Source: Gemmatimonadota bacterium
Lineage (GTDB): Bacteria > Gemmatimonadota > Gemmatimonadetes > Palauibacterales > Palauibacteraceae
Direction: 5' to 3'
Length of the DNA stretch: 25,996 nt
Assembly (NCBI GenBank): GCA_030598525.1
Contig: JAUVPT010000001.1
Location: 1 to 25,996, forward strand
The notes under the pieces are model-generated. The model ran no database searches. It saw only the letters and a program-made list of their open reading frames with translations, and was not told the DNA's origin. The translations under genes and the position numbers were made by a program. Below, in pieces: positions 1-9,435 of this stretch. Positions within the stretch are counted from its first letter, which is position 1; every line of letters begins with the position of its first letter.

Positions 1-119
1 ACGTGAACATGGACGTGGAACTGATTGCTCCGATCGCGATGGACAAGGAGCTGAGGTTCGCGATTCGTGAGGGCGGCCGCACGGTGGGCGCCGGCGTCGT
101 CACCGCGATCACCGAGTAA
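1..119 (+). CDS. tuf: Elongation factor Tu, C-terminal fragment (5' partial)
   Basis: Frame from base 3 reads [38 protein letters not shown], the EF-Tu C-terminal signature; TAA at 117-119, directly before rpsJ. Confidence 0.97.
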   Translation, partial: VNMDVELIAPIAMDKELRFAIREGGRTVGAGVVTAITE

Positions 120-140
120 CGGCAGAGAGACGAGAAGATC

Positions 141-449
141 ATGGCGGAGAAGATTCGGATTCGGCTGCGATCGTTCGACGCGGCGGTCATCGACCAGACG
201 GCGGCGGACATCGTGCGCACGGCTCAGAAGACCGGCGCGTCCGTGAGGGGGCCGATTCCGCTTCCGACGAAGCGCCAGCTGTACACGGTTCTCCGGAGTC
301 CGCACAAGGACAAGAAGTCGCGGGAACAGTTCGAGCTGAAGACGCACAAACGGCTGATCGACATCTACGACACCCGCCCCCAGACGGTCGACGCGCTGAC
401 GAAGCTCGACCTGGCGGCCGGTGTGGACGTCGAAATCAAGGTTCAGTGA
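141..449 (+). CDS. rpsJ: 30S ribosomal protein uS10
   Basis: [31 protein letters not shown] and HKRLIDI motifs. Confidence 0.99.
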   Translation: MAEKIRIRLRSFDAAVIDQTAADIVRTAQKTGASVRGPIPLPTKRQLYTVLRSPHKDKKSREQFELKTHKRLIDIYDTRPQTVDALTKLDLAAGVDVEIKVQ

Positions 450-450
450 C

Positions 451-1074
451 ATGCCTGGATTGATTGGTAAGAAACTGGGGATGACCCAGATCTTCACGGA
501 AGACGGCAGGGCCGTCGGTTGCACCGTGCTCGAGGTCGGGCCGTGCCCCGTCGTGCAGATCAAGACGTCGACCACGGACGGCTACGAGGCGGTCCAGCTC
601 GGATTCGGTGCGCAGCGTGAGCGTCGCGTCACGAAGCCCGAGGCCGGTCATGCTGCCCGTGCCGGTCTCGACCATGCGCCCAGGGTGCTGGCCGAGTTCG
701 AACTCGATGAGGGGCAGGAGTACGAGGCTGGCCAGAGCCTGACGGTGGACCTGTTCGAGGTCGGCCAGCGGGTGAAGATCACCGGAGTGACCAAGGGTCG
801 TGGATTCCAGGGCACCGTGAAGCGCCATAACTTCGGCGGCTCCCGTGCCTCGCACGGTGGCAGTTCCGTTCTGCGAAAGCCCGGCTCCATCGGTCCGGGC
901 ACGGATCCGTCACGCGTGATCAAGGGCCGCAAGATGTCCGGCCAGATGGGTGGGACTCAGCGTACCGCCCCGAATCGGCGTATCGAGATGATCGATGCGG
1001 AGAAGAACCTGATGCTGGTCCGCGGCTCGGTGCCCGGGTCTCGTCACAACGTGGTTCTCATTCGCTCCGTCTGA
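451..1074 (+). CDS. rplC: 50S ribosomal protein uL3
   Basis: ATG at 451 (MPGLIGKKLGMTQIF), KGRGFQGTVKRHNF, PGSIG; the ORF-track start at 421 is too early. Confidence 0.98.
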   Translation: MPGLIGKKLGMTQIFTEDGRAVGCTVLEVGPCPVVQIKTSTTDGYEAVQLGFGAQRERRVTKPEAGHAARAGLDHAPRVLAEFELDEGQEYEAGQSLTVDLFEVGQRVKITGVTKGRGFQGTVKRHNFGGSRASHGGSSVLRKPGSIGPGTDPSRVIKGRKMSGQMGGTQRTAPNRRIEMIDAEKNLMLVRGSVPGSRHNVVLIRSV

Positions 1075-1111
1075 GCGACTGATCTCCGCCGGGAAGTCGA
1101 AGAGAGAGAGC

Positions 1112-1756
1112 ATGAAGGCGAAAGCATATTCGACGACGGGCAAGGCGCGCGCGGCAGACTTCGAGTTGCCCGATTCCGTGTTCGACGGCACGGTGAACGA
1201 GAGCGTCCTGCACCAGGTCATCAAGGCCTATCGGGCGAACCGACGCCAGGGCACGCATTCCACGAAGACGCGGCATACGGTGCGCGGCGGTGGTCGGAAG
1301 CCGTGGCGGCAGAAGGGACCGGGAAGAGCTCGCGCGGGCTCGGTTCGCTCCGCGATATGGCGTGGCGGTTCCATCGTGTTCGGACCACAGCCCCGCAGCT
1401 ACCGGGTCCGTGTTCCGAAGCAGGTCCGACGCCTGGCGATTCGTTCGGCCCTGAACGCACGGGCCACGGGAGGCGAGCTGATCGTGGTGGAGCCATTCGC
1501 GCTGGAGGCTCCGAGCACACGGGCGCTCGTCGCGCTTTTTGAGGCGCTCGAGCTGGACGCTGGCAACGTGCTGATCCTGACGGACGGCGTAAAGAACGAC
1601 GTCTACCTCTCCGCACGGAATCTTCCGGGCGTCGAGGTTCGGCCGTGGGGTGAGGCCTCGGCCTACGACATCCTGTGGTCCGATGTGGTGATCGTGGAAG
1701 AGTCCGCCTTCAGCGGCGACGATGGAGAGGCCGCGGAAGACGAGGAGGCATCATGA
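1112..1756 (+). CDS. rplD: 50S ribosomal protein uL4
   Basis: [48 protein letters not shown]. Confidence 0.98.
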   Translation: MKAKAYSTTGKARAADFELPDSVFDGTVNESVLHQVIKAYRANRRQGTHSTKTRHTVRGGGRKPWRQKGPGRARAGSVRSAIWRGGSIVFGPQPRSYRVRVPKQVRRLAIRSALNARATGGELIVVEPFALEAPSTRALVALFEALELDAGNVLILTDGVKNDVYLSARNLPGVEVRPWGEASAYDILWSDVVIVEESAFSGDDGEAAEDEEAS

Positions 1757-2091
1757 GCCGCTTGCCACGCGAGATCCTGATCCGGCCCGTCATCACGGAG
1801 GAGTCGTCCCGGCTCCAGTTCAACCCGGGACGCATCCGTAAGCGGCACCAGGACAAAGAGGGCCAGATCCAGCCCCAGTTCGTGTTCCAGGTTTCACGCG
1901 GTGCGACGAAGATCGAGATCAAGCAGGCTGTCGAGAAGATGTTCGAGGTCCACGTGGCCTCTGTGAATACCATGAACATCCTGGGCAAGGACCGCCGCGT
2001 CGGTCGTTCGGTGGGCAAGCGTTCCGACTGGAAGAAGGCCATCGTCACGCTCGCCGAAGGCGAAGTGATCGACGTGTTCGAGGGAGTATAG
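1753..2091 (+). CDS. rplW: 50S ribosomal protein uL23 (with internal insertion)
   Basis: ATGA overlap with the rplD stop; [39 protein letters not shown]. Confidence 0.97.
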   Translation: MSRLPREILIRPVITEESSRLQFNPGRIRKRHQDKEGQIQPQFVFQVSRGATKIEIKQAVEKMFEVHVASVNTMNILGKDRRVGRSVGKRSDWKKAIVTLAEGEVIDVFEGV

Positions 2092-2092
2092 C

Positions 2093-2932
2093 ATGGCGCT
2101 CAAGAAATTCAGGCCCGTCACGGCGAGCTCTCGGTTCCGCTCCGTCTCCACGTTCGAGGAGGTGACGCGCTCGGAGCCCGAGAAGTCGCTGACCGAGGGG
2201 CTGACCAAGAAGTCCGGGCGGAACCACCACGGGCGGATTACGAGCCGTCGCAGGGGTGGGGGGCACAAGCGCCGCTACCGCCGCATGGACTTCCGTCGCG
2301 AGAAGCACGGGATCCCGGGTCGGATCGCGGAAATCGAATACGACCCGAACCGGTCGGCTCGAATTGCCCTGATCCACTACGCGGACGGAGAGAAAAGGTA
2401 CATCCTGCACGCGCGGGGCATGCAGCAGGGAGACACTATCGTGTCCGGCCCCGGTTCAGAGCCGCGGCTCGGCAACTGCCTGCCGCTGATCGAGATCCCG
2501 CTCGGCACGATGATCCACGCCATCGAGATCAAGCCCGGCAAGGGAGCCCAGCTGGCCCGTTCGGCCGGGGCTTCCGTGCAGTTGATCGCGAAAGAGGGCG
2601 ACATGGTCACCCTCCGCCTGCCCAGTACCGAGGTGCGCATGGTCCGCGGCGAGTGCTTCGCCACGATCGGCCAGGTCGGCAACGTGGATCACGAGTTGAT
2701 CCGATCGGGGAAAGCGGGTCGTTCGCGGTGGCTCGGAAAGAGGCCGAAGGTACGCGGCGTCGCGATGAACCCGCACGATCACCCGCTGGGTGGTGGTGAG
2801 GGTCGGGCATCGGGCGGTCGTCCGCCGGTCTCGCCCTGGGGCAAGGCCGAGGGGCGTAAGACCAGGAAGAGGAAGAAGGCCAGCAACCAGTACATCGTCC
2901 GCGGTCGCAAGCGCGGCAAAGCCACGAAGTAA
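2093..2932 (+). CDS. rplB: 50S ribosomal protein uL2
   Basis: [44 protein letters not shown]. Confidence 0.99.
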   Translation: MALKKFRPVTASSRFRSVSTFEEVTRSEPEKSLTEGLTKKSGRNHHGRITSRRRGGGHKRRYRRMDFRREKHGIPGRIAEIEYDPNRSARIALIHYADGEKRYILHARGMQQGDTIVSGPGSEPRLGNCLPLIEIPLGTMIHAIEIKPGKGAQLARSAGASVQLIAKEGDMVTLRLPSTEVRMVRGECFATIGQVGNVDHELIRSGKAGRSRWLGKRPKVRGVAMNPHDHPLGGGEGRASGGRPPVSPWGKAEGRKTRKRKKASNQYIVRGRKRGKATK

Positions 2933-2953
2933 CGCGGACCTGGGGAGAAGAGA

Positions 2954-3238
2954 ATGGCTCGAAGTGTCAAGAAGGGACCGTATATCGACGAGCGTCTGCT
3001 CGGACGGATCGAGGCGATGAACAGGTCCGGGGAGAAGCGCGTCACGAAGACGTGGGCCCGGGCTTCCACGATCAGCCCGGAGTTTGTCGGCCACACGGTC
3101 GCCGTGCACAACGGCAACAAGTTCATCCCGGTCTACATCACCGAGAACATGGTGGGGCACAAGCTCGGCGAGTTTTCCCCCACCCGCATGTTCCGTGGTC
3201 ACGGCGGCAAGCTCGCCGACAAGCGGGCCCGTCTGTAG
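2954..3238 (+). CDS. rpsS: 30S ribosomal protein uS19
   Basis: [35 protein letters not shown]. Confidence 0.99.
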   Translation: MARSVKKGPYIDERLLGRIEAMNRSGEKRVTKTWARASTISPEFVGHTVAVHNGNKFIPVYITENMVGHKLGEFSPTRMFRGHGGKLADKRARL

Positions 3239-3269
3239 GGCCGGGTAACGGAAGCCAGGGGATAGCGAG

Positions 3270-3620
3270 ATGGAAGCGCGAGCAGTTTCGAAGAGAATCA
3301 GGATGTCGGCCAGGAAGATGCGGCTGGTCATCAACCAGATCCGCAACGCCGACGTGAACGACGCCTATTCGATTCTACAGTTCTCGAAGAAGGGTGCGGC
3401 AGAGCCGATCGACAAGGCGCTGCGGTCCGCCGTCGCGAACGCAGTCGACAAGGCCGATCAGCAGGGCGAGGTGCTGGATGTGGACGACCTCTACGTCAAG
3501 GAAGCCTACGTGAACGAGGGGCCGACGCTCCGCCGTTACCGGGCCGGGGCCATGGGTCGTGCCTCCCCACTTCGCAAGCGCATGAGTCACGTCACCGTCG
3601 TCGTGGACACAAAGGAGTAA
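3270..3620 (+). CDS. rplV: 50S ribosomal protein uL22
   Basis: [36 protein letters not shown]; canonical position. Confidence 0.98.
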   Translation: MEARAVSKRIRMSARKMRLVINQIRNADVNDAYSILQFSKKGAAEPIDKALRSAVANAVDKADQQGEVLDVDDLYVKEAYVNEGPTLRRYRAGAMGRASPLRKRMSHVTVVVDTKE

Positions 3621-3622
3621 CT

Positions 3623-4291
3623 GTGGGCCAGAAGACACATCCGTACGGCTTCAGGCTGGGGCTCGTTAAGCCCTGGAAGTCGCGCTGGTATGCGAATGGG
3701 AGGGATTTCCCTGCCCTTCTCGCCGAAGATGAGAAGCTGCGCAAGTACCTGCACGCGCGGTTGGATCACGCGGCTGTGGCCGACATCGAGATCGAGCGCA
3801 AGCCGACGAAGATCGTCGTGACGATCCATACGGGTCGACCCGGCGTCGTGATCGGCAAGCGAGGAGCCGAGGTGGACAAGCTGCGCGATGAGCTTGCGCT
3901 GCTCACGGACTCCGAGGTCTCGATCAACGTCGAGGAGATCAAGCGACCGGAAGTCAACGCCCAGCTGGTGGCGAACAGCATCGCTCATCAGCTGCAGCAG
4001 CGCATCGGTTTCCGGCGTGCGATGAAGCGTGCGATGCAGGCAGCGACGCGCGCTGGCGCCGAGGGCGTGAAGGTGCAGTGTGGCGGAAGGCTGGGAGGCG
4101 CGGAAATCGCGCGGACCGAGGGTTATCACGAGGGCCGCGTGCCGCTGCACACCATGCGCGCGGACATCGACTACGCCGAGCGCATGGCCAAGACCACGTA
4201 CGGCACGATCGGTGTGAAGGTCTGGATCTACCGCGGAGAGGTCAAAGATGACCGGCGGGGTCAGACCTACACGGCCGGCGGCGCCAAGTAA
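3623..4291 (+). CDS. rpsC: 30S ribosomal protein uS3
   Basis: GTG start; [48 protein letters not shown]. Confidence 0.99.
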   Translation: MGQKTHPYGFRLGLVKPWKSRWYANGRDFPALLAEDEKLRKYLHARLDHAAVADIEIERKPTKIVVTIHTGRPGVVIGKRGAEVDKLRDELALLTDSEVSINVEEIKRPEVNAQLVANSIAHQLQQRIGFRRAMKRAMQAATRAGAEGVKVQCGGRLGGAEIARTEGYHEGRVPLHTMRADIDYAERMAKTTYGTIGVKVWIYRGEVKDDRRGQTYTAGGAK

Positions 4292-4303
4292 CGAGACGGG
4301 ACG

Positions 4304-4714
4304 ATGCTTCAACCAAAACGCGTAAAGTACCGCAAGCAGCAAAAGGGGAGGATCCGTGGCAACGCCACGCGTGGCAACACGGTGGCGTTCGGAGACTACG
4401 GTCTGCAGACGCTGGATGCGGGGTGGATCACGAACCGCCAGATCGAGGCGGCCCGTGTGGCGATGACCCGGCACATCAAGCGTGGCGGAAAGGTCTGGAT
4501 TCGGGTCTTCCCCGACAAGCCGATCACGTCCAAGCCGGCTGAGACCCGGATGGGCAAGGGTAAGGGCAACCCCGAGGGGTGGGTGGCCCCCGTCAAGCCG
4601 GGTCGTGTGCTGTTCGAGCTGGAGGGCGTGGACGAGACCATCGCCCGGCGAGCCATGGACCTGGCTGCCGCGAAGCTTCCGGTGAAGACCAGGTTCCTGG
4701 TTCGGGAGGAGTAA
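4304..4714 (+). CDS. rplP: 50S ribosomal protein uL16
   Basis: [36 protein letters not shown]. Confidence 0.99.
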   Translation: MLQPKRVKYRKQQKGRIRGNATRGNTVAFGDYGLQTLDAGWITNRQIEAARVAMTRHIKRGGKVWIRVFPDKPITSKPAETRMGKGKGNPEGWVAPVKPGRVLFELEGVDETIARRAMDLAAAKLPVKTRFLVREE

Positions 4715-4719
4715 GAGCG

Positions 4720-4932
4720 ATGGAAGCGAAGGACATTCGGGAATTGACCGAGGACGAAATCGACATCGAAATCGAGCGGGCGCGCGACGAGCTCTTCAAG
4801 CTCCGTTTCCGCGCCGCGTACGAGGAGCTCGAGAACCCGGGACTCCTGAAGGAGCTTCGTCGGGATGTCGCGAGAATGAAGACGATCCGGCACGAGCGGG
4901 AGCTGCGGGCCGCAGGAGATAACGATGCTTGA
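4720..4932 (+). CDS. rpmC: 50S ribosomal protein uL29
   Basis: ATG at 4720; [30 protein letters not shown]; 70 aa between rplP and rpsQ. Confidence 0.96.
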   Translation: MEAKDIRELTEDEIDIEIERARDELFKLRFRAAYEELENPGLLKELRRDVARMKTIRHERELRAAGDNDA

Positions 4933-5206
4933 GGATTCGACGCAGACCGCGCGCAGCCGCAAGGTTCGACAGGGCCGAGTGGTGAGCGATGCCACGGACA
5001 AGACCGTTGTGGTCTCGGTGGAGCGCCAGTTCGCTCACCCGCTGTATGGGAAACGGGTTACGAAGCGGAAGAAGTACCACGCGCACGATGAGAGAAACGA
5101 GTTTCGCTCAGGCGACCTGGTCGTCATCGAGGAAACGCGGCCTCTGTCCAAGCGGAAGCGCTGGCGGGTCGTAGAACTCCTCGAGCGTCCGGTCCAGGAG
5201 GGCTGA
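4925..5206 (+). CDS. rpsQ: 30S ribosomal protein uS17
   Basis: [37 protein letters not shown]. Confidence 0.98.
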   Translation: MLEDSTQTARSRKVRQGRVVSDATDKTVVVSVERQFAHPLYGKRVTKRKKYHAHDERNEFRSGDLVVIEETRPLSKRKRWRVVELLERPVQEG

Positions 5207-5210
5207 GGAG

Positions 5211-5579
5211 ATGATCCAGCAGGAGACCGATCTCCGGATCGCGGACAATTCAGGCGCACGTCGCGCCAGGTGCATTCGGGTCCTCGGTGGCTCGGGGCGC
5301 AGGTATGCCGGGCTCGGGGACGTCGTGGTCGTCACGATCAAGGACGCGATCCCGGGCGGGACCGTGAAGAAGGGCGAAGTGGCGCGGGCCGTGGTGGTCC
5401 GCGTTGCCAAGGAGAGCCGGCGCAAGGACGGATCGTACATCCGGTTCGATGAGAATGCGGCCGTGATCATCAATGATGCTGGCGAGCCGCGAGCCACCCG
5501 GATCTTTGGTCCAGTGGCCAGGGAGCTGAGGGAGAAGAAGTTCATGAAGATCGTCTCACTCGCCCCCGAAGTGATCTGA
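5211..5579 (+). CDS. rplN: 50S ribosomal protein uL14
   Basis: [38 protein letters not shown]. Confidence 0.99.
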   Translation: MIQQETDLRIADNSGARRARCIRVLGGSGRRYAGLGDVVVVTIKDAIPGGTVKKGEVARAVVVRVAKESRRKDGSYIRFDENAAVIINDAGEPRATRIFGPVARELREKKFMKIVSLAPEVI

Positions 5580-5589
5580 GGAGCCCGAC

Positions 5590-5925
5590 ATGAGGAAGAG
5601 AAACAAGCTGCACGTGCGCCGGGGCGATCAGGTCCAGGTAATCTCGGGCAACGACAAGGGCGCGCGCGGGCAGGTGCTTCGCGCGATTCCCTCGAAGCAA
5701 CAGATCGTGGTGGAAGGTGTGAGCATGCGCAAGCGCCACCAGGCCCCCACGCAGGCGAATCCGGAAGGTGGGATCATCACGTTCGAGGCGCCGATTCACG
5801 TCTCCAACGTCATGCTCATCGATCCGTCGAGCGACGACCCGACCCGATATCGGAACCGGATCGACGCGGACGGAACGAAGGAGAGGATCTCGACCAAGAG
5901 CGGCAACCCGATTCCGAGGCCGTAA
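5590..5925 (+). CDS. rplX: 50S ribosomal protein uL24
   Basis: KOW motif [12 protein letters not shown]; [16 protein letters not shown]. Confidence 0.98.
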   Translation: MRKRNKLHVRRGDQVQVISGNDKGARGQVLRAIPSKQQIVVEGVSMRKRHQAPTQANPEGGIITFEAPIHVSNVMLIDPSSDDPTRYRNRIDADGTKERISTKSGNPIPRP

Positions 5926-5943
5926 GGCCCCGGGACGCAGGAT

Positions 5944-6525
5944 GTGAGTGACGTCGGCATGAAGCAGCAGCCAAGGCTGAGACAGCATTACGATAAGCAG
6001 GTGATCTCGAGGCTCCAGGAATCCTTCGGGTTCGATAACTCGATGGAGGTCCCCCGGGTCGAGAAGATCGTGATCAATTGCGGTCTCGGAGAAGCGAAGG
6101 ACAACGCGAAGCTCCTCGATTCGGTGGTAGCGGAGCTGGCGCGGATCAGCGGGCAGAAGCCCGTGGTCACTCGGGCCCGGCACTCGATCTCGAACTTCAA
6201 CCTTCGGGAGGGGATGCCCGTGGGTGTGAAGGTGACGCTTCGCGGATCCCGGATGTACGAGTTTCTGGACCGGTTCATCAGCACGGCCGTTCCCCGAATC
6301 CGTGACTTCCGCGGGTTCAACAGTCGCGCCTTCGACGGTCGCGGCAACTATACCGTCGGGATCCGAGAGCAGATGGTGTTCCCGGAGGTGGATTACGATG
6401 AGATCGTCCGAGTACACGGGATGGACATCACGATCGTGACCACGACGGATCGAGATGACGAAGCACTGGTGCTGCTGCGGGAAATGGGCATGCCCTTCCG
6501 TGGCGAGACCCCGGTAGTGGTTTAA
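5944..6525 (+). CDS. rplE: 50S ribosomal protein uL5
   Basis: [49 protein letters not shown]. The start may be GTG 5944 or ATG 5959. Confidence 0.98.
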   Translation: MSDVGMKQQPRLRQHYDKQVISRLQESFGFDNSMEVPRVEKIVINCGLGEAKDNAKLLDSVVAELARISGQKPVVTRARHSISNFNLREGMPVGVKVTLRGSRMYEFLDRFISTAVPRIRDFRGFNSRAFDGRGNYTVGIREQMVFPEVDYDEIVRVHGMDITIVTTTDRDDEALVLLREMGMPFRGETPVVV

Positions 6526-6543
6526 CGCAGGTCGGAGAGAGTA

Positions 6544-6729
6544 ATGGCTAAGAAGTCCCTGATAGCGAAAGCGAAGCGCAAGCCGAAGTACAGCGCACGG
6601 ACGATCCGGCGGTGTCAGCGGTGCGGACGGTCACGGGCCTACATGCGGAAGTTTGGCCTGTGCAGGATCTGCTTCCGGCAGATGGCGCTCAGGGGAGAGA
6701 TCCCGGGCGTGCGAAAGGCGAGTTGGTAA
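6544..6729 (+). CDS. rpsN: 30S ribosomal protein uS14, short zinc-ribbon type
   Basis: 61 aa; RCQRCGR and GLCRICFR cysteine pairs; [11 protein letters not shown]. Confidence 0.98.
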   Translation: MAKKSLIAKAKRKPKYSARTIRRCQRCGRSRAYMRKFGLCRICFRQMALRGEIPGVRKASW

Positions 6730-6732
6730 GAC

Positions 6733-7131
6733 ATGAGCATGAATGATCCCATTGCCGATATGCTGACGCGGGTTCGCAACGCGAACCGGGCGGGTCACCG
6801 TCGCGTCGACATGCCGGTTGCGAAGCTCAAGGTAGAGATCGCGCGTATCCTGACCGAGAACCACTTCGTTCACGGCTACAAGGTCCTGGACGACGGGGCT
6901 CACGGGGTATTGCGGGTCTATCTGAAGTACACCGAGGACGAGAAGCCGGTCATCCGCTCACTGAGGCGGATCTCCCGGCCGGGACTCCGACGGTACGTCG
7001 GCGCCCAGGGGATGCCCAAGGTGCGTTCTGGCATGGGCATGGCGATCCTGTCGACCTCCAAGGGGTTGATGACGGACCGGCAGGCCCGGCAGCAGCGCGT
7101 CGGTGGAGAAGTCATCGCCACGGTCTACTAG
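6733..7131 (+). CDS. rpsH: 30S ribosomal protein uS8
   Basis: DPIADMLTRVRNA, ISRPGLRRY, AILSTSKG.MTD, GGEV. Confidence 0.99.
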   Translation: MSMNDPIADMLTRVRNANRAGHRRVDMPVAKLKVEIARILTENHFVHGYKVLDDGAHGVLRVYLKYTEDEKPVIRSLRRISRPGLRRYVGAQGMPKVRSGMGMAILSTSKGLMTDRQARQQRVGGEVIATVY

Positions 7132-7194
7132 GACCGGGCGCAAGGAACAGTCGTCCTGCATGCGCGGGACGCCAGACAGTAGAGCGCGAGACAG

Positions 7195-7740
7195 ATGTCG
7201 AGAGTCGGAAGACAGCCGATCGTCGTCCCCCAGGGCGTGGACGTGTCCATCGAGGGGTCCAGCGTGAGCGTAAAGGGCCCGAAGGGCGAGCTCAGCGGAC
7301 GTTTCGATGCGGATATGACCATCGAGTTGACGGACGGAGTAATCACGGTCACCCGTCCCACGGACCAGGCCCGGCACAGGGCCCTGCACGGCCTCACGCG
7401 CAGCCTTGTGGCCAACATGGTCCAGGGAGTACACCAGGGCTTCGAGCGGTCGCTCGAGATCCACGGTGTCGGGTACCGGGCCCTGCAGAAGGGCTCGGCC
7501 GTAGAGTTCTCCGTGGGCTACAGCAACCCGGTGATGTTCGAGGCACCGGCTGGCGTGGAGCTGGCGGTGGAGAGGCCGACCCTGGTTCACGTTAGAGGTA
7601 TTGACAAGCAGGCCGTGGGCGAAGTCGCGGCGCGGATTCGCAGGATTCGGCCGCCCGAACCTTACAAGGGCAAGGGCATTCGCTATAGCGGTGAGCACGT
7701 GCGGCGAAAGGCCGGCAAGGCCACGGCCGTAGGCACCTGA
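7195..7740 (+). CDS. rplF: 50S ribosomal protein uL6
   Basis: MSRVGRQPI, VKGPKGEL, HGLTRSLVANM, GVGYRA, RPPEPYKGKGIRY. Confidence 0.99.
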   Translation: MSRVGRQPIVVPQGVDVSIEGSSVSVKGPKGELSGRFDADMTIELTDGVITVTRPTDQARHRALHGLTRSLVANMVQGVHQGFERSLEIHGVGYRALQKGSAVEFSVGYSNPVMFEAPAGVELAVERPTLVHVRGIDKQAVGEVAARIRRIRPPEPYKGKGIRYSGEHVRRKAGKATAVGT

Positions 7741-7807
7741 TAGACAACGATCTCGTGCGCCGGACACCCATGATCCATCATCGGGCGGACGGCCGAAGGA
7801 GCAGGAG

Positions 7808-8185
7808 ATGGCACTGAACAATTCGGCGGAGCGGCGGCGGCGTCGCGCCACGAGGCACAAGAGAGTTCTGAAGAAGGTCCGAGGCACGGCCGAGCGGCCG
7901 CGCCTGGTGGTCTTCCGGAGCTTGAAGAACATCGAAGGTCAGCTGGTCGACGACGACCGCGGAGCCACCCTGTTGGGCATCTCCACGCTGGCAATCGAGA
8001 AGACGGCCGAGGTGGAAGATCTCTCGGGCAAGATGGCCGCCAGCTACACGGCGGGCAGGGCGCTGGCCGAGAAGGCGAAGGCGGGCGGCATCGAGAGCAT
8101 CGTGTTCGACCGCGGCGGCTATCGTTATCAGGGTCGCGTGAAGGCGTTCGCCGATGGGGCGAGGGCCGGCGGGCTGAAATTCTAA
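7808..8185 (+). CDS. rplR: 50S ribosomal protein uL18
   Basis: GTAERPRLVVFRS, VFDRGGYRYQGRVKAFADGARAGGLKF. Confidence 0.99.
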   Translation: MALNNSAERRRRRATRHKRVLKKVRGTAERPRLVVFRSLKNIEGQLVDDDRGATLLGISTLAIEKTAEVEDLSGKMAASYTAGRALAEKAKAGGIESIVFDRGGYRYQGRVKAFADGARAGGLKF

Positions 8186-8259
8186 GCGAAATCACTTGAC
8201 GGCGGATCTCACGCGAAAGACGCGGGGGGGGCGCCGCAGGATTCGGAGAAGCTCAGGGA

Positions 8260-8793
8260 ATGGCGAAGAAGCAAGGTCGCAGACGGGATCGGCGGGACGA
8301 GGGAGACAACCTCAAGGAGAACGTGATCCATATCAACCGGGTCTCGAAGGTGGTCAAGGGTGGCCGCCGGTTCTCCTTCACCGCTCTGGTGGCCGTCGGC
8401 GACGGCCAGGGTAAGGTCGGCACGTCGCTCGGCAAGGCCAACGAAGTGGCTGAGGCCATCCGAAAGGGGCTCGAGCAGGCCCGCAAGGCGATGGTCGAGG
8501 TCCCGATCCTCGGCGGTACGATTCCGCACGAGATGATCGGGCGGCACGGCGCCGGGCGGGTGCTCCTGAAGCCCGCCTCGCCGGGTACGGGCGTGATCGC
8601 CGGTGGACCGGTGCGGGCCGTGCTCGATTGTGCCGGTGTCCAGGACATCCTCACCAAGAGCCTCGGCTCGAACAATCCGCTCAACGTGGTTGCGGCCACG
8701 ATGAACGGCCTCCAGAGTCTCATGACTCCCGAGGCGGTGGCGCGCGAGCGCGGCGTGGACGTCGAGGTGATCCGGGAGGCAATGCGTGGCTAA
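8260..8793 (+). CDS. rpsE: 30S ribosomal protein uS5
   Basis: [43 protein letters not shown]. Confidence 0.99.
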   Translation: MAKKQGRRRDRRDEGDNLKENVIHINRVSKVVKGGRRFSFTALVAVGDGQGKVGTSLGKANEVAEAIRKGLEQARKAMVEVPILGGTIPHEMIGRHGAGRVLLKPASPGTGVIAGGPVRAVLDCAGVQDILTKSLGSNNPLNVVAATMNGLQSLMTPEAVARERGVDVEVIREAMRG

Positions 8794-8971
8794 CAACATC
8801 CGGATCAAGCAGGTGCGCAGCGGCAGCAACGCGATGCGGAAGCAGCGCGCGACGCTCGAGGCATTGGGGCTCCGCCATCACCAGGCGGAGGTCATCAAAG
8901 AAGACAACCCTGCCATTCGCGGAATGATCAGGGTCGTCGCGCACCTGGTGGAAGTCGAGGAGGTCGACTAG
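8786..8971 (+). CDS. rpmD: 50S ribosomal protein uL30
   Basis: GTG start overlapping the rpsE stop; [24 protein letters not shown]. Confidence 0.97.
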   Translation: MANNIRIKQVRSGSNAMRKQRATLEALGLRHHQAEVIKEDNPAIRGMIRVVAHLVEVEEVD

Positions 8972-8975
8972 ACCC

Positions 8976-9434
8976 ATGGCAGACAACAAGCGAATCGGCC
9001 TGGACAACCTGAGCCCGACGCCCGGCTCCCGCGGCAAGCGGAAGAGGGTCGGTAGGGGCCACGGTTCGGGTCACGGAAAGACGTCAGGAAGGGGCCACAA
9101 GGGACAGAAGTCACGTTCCGGCGCCTCGATCCCGGCGTGGTTCGAGGGCGGCCAGATGCCGCTGTATCGGCGTGTGCCGAAGCGGGGCTTCAAGCCGATC
9201 AACCGGCGGGAGTACCAGGTCGTCAACCTCGGCTTGATCGCGAACCTCGAGGGTAAGGCCTTCGGGCCCGAAGAGCTCAAAGCGCACGGCCTCATCGCGT
9301 CACTCACCAAGCCCGTCAAGATCCTCGGTGTTGGATCGACCGGGCGTGCGATGACCGTTCGCGCACACGCATTCAGTGCAACGGCCCGCGAGAAGATCGA
9401 AGCGGACGGCGGAACCGTGGACCTGATCAGCTGA
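8976..9434 (+). CDS. rplO: 50S ribosomal protein uL15
   Basis: [44 protein letters not shown]. Confidence 0.99.
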   Translation: MADNKRIGLDNLSPTPGSRGKRKRVGRGHGSGHGKTSGRGHKGQKSRSGASIPAWFEGGQMPLYRRVPKRGFKPINRREYQVVNLGLIANLEGKAFGPEELKAHGLIASLTKPVKILGVGSTGRAMTVRAHAFSATAREKIEADGGTVDLIS

Positions 9435-9435
9435 C

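Noticed and set aside
421-450. ORF-track upstream extensions of rplC, rplW (1675), rpmC (4579), rplQ (14905), the SDR (16309) and the TPR protein (20211)
   Set aside because: Each extension overlaps the preceding gene or a terminator, and family N-termini and RBS positions point to later starts.
5926-5990. Possible uS8-binding operator at the rplX-rplE junction, with an ATG-TGA mini-ORF at 5942-5947
   Set aside because: I could not fold a convincing helix-21-like hairpin by eye, and the start-stop has no well-spaced RBS.
8196-8225. TTGACG -35-like hexamer before rpsE
   Set aside because: There is no -10-like element at 16-18 nt spacing.
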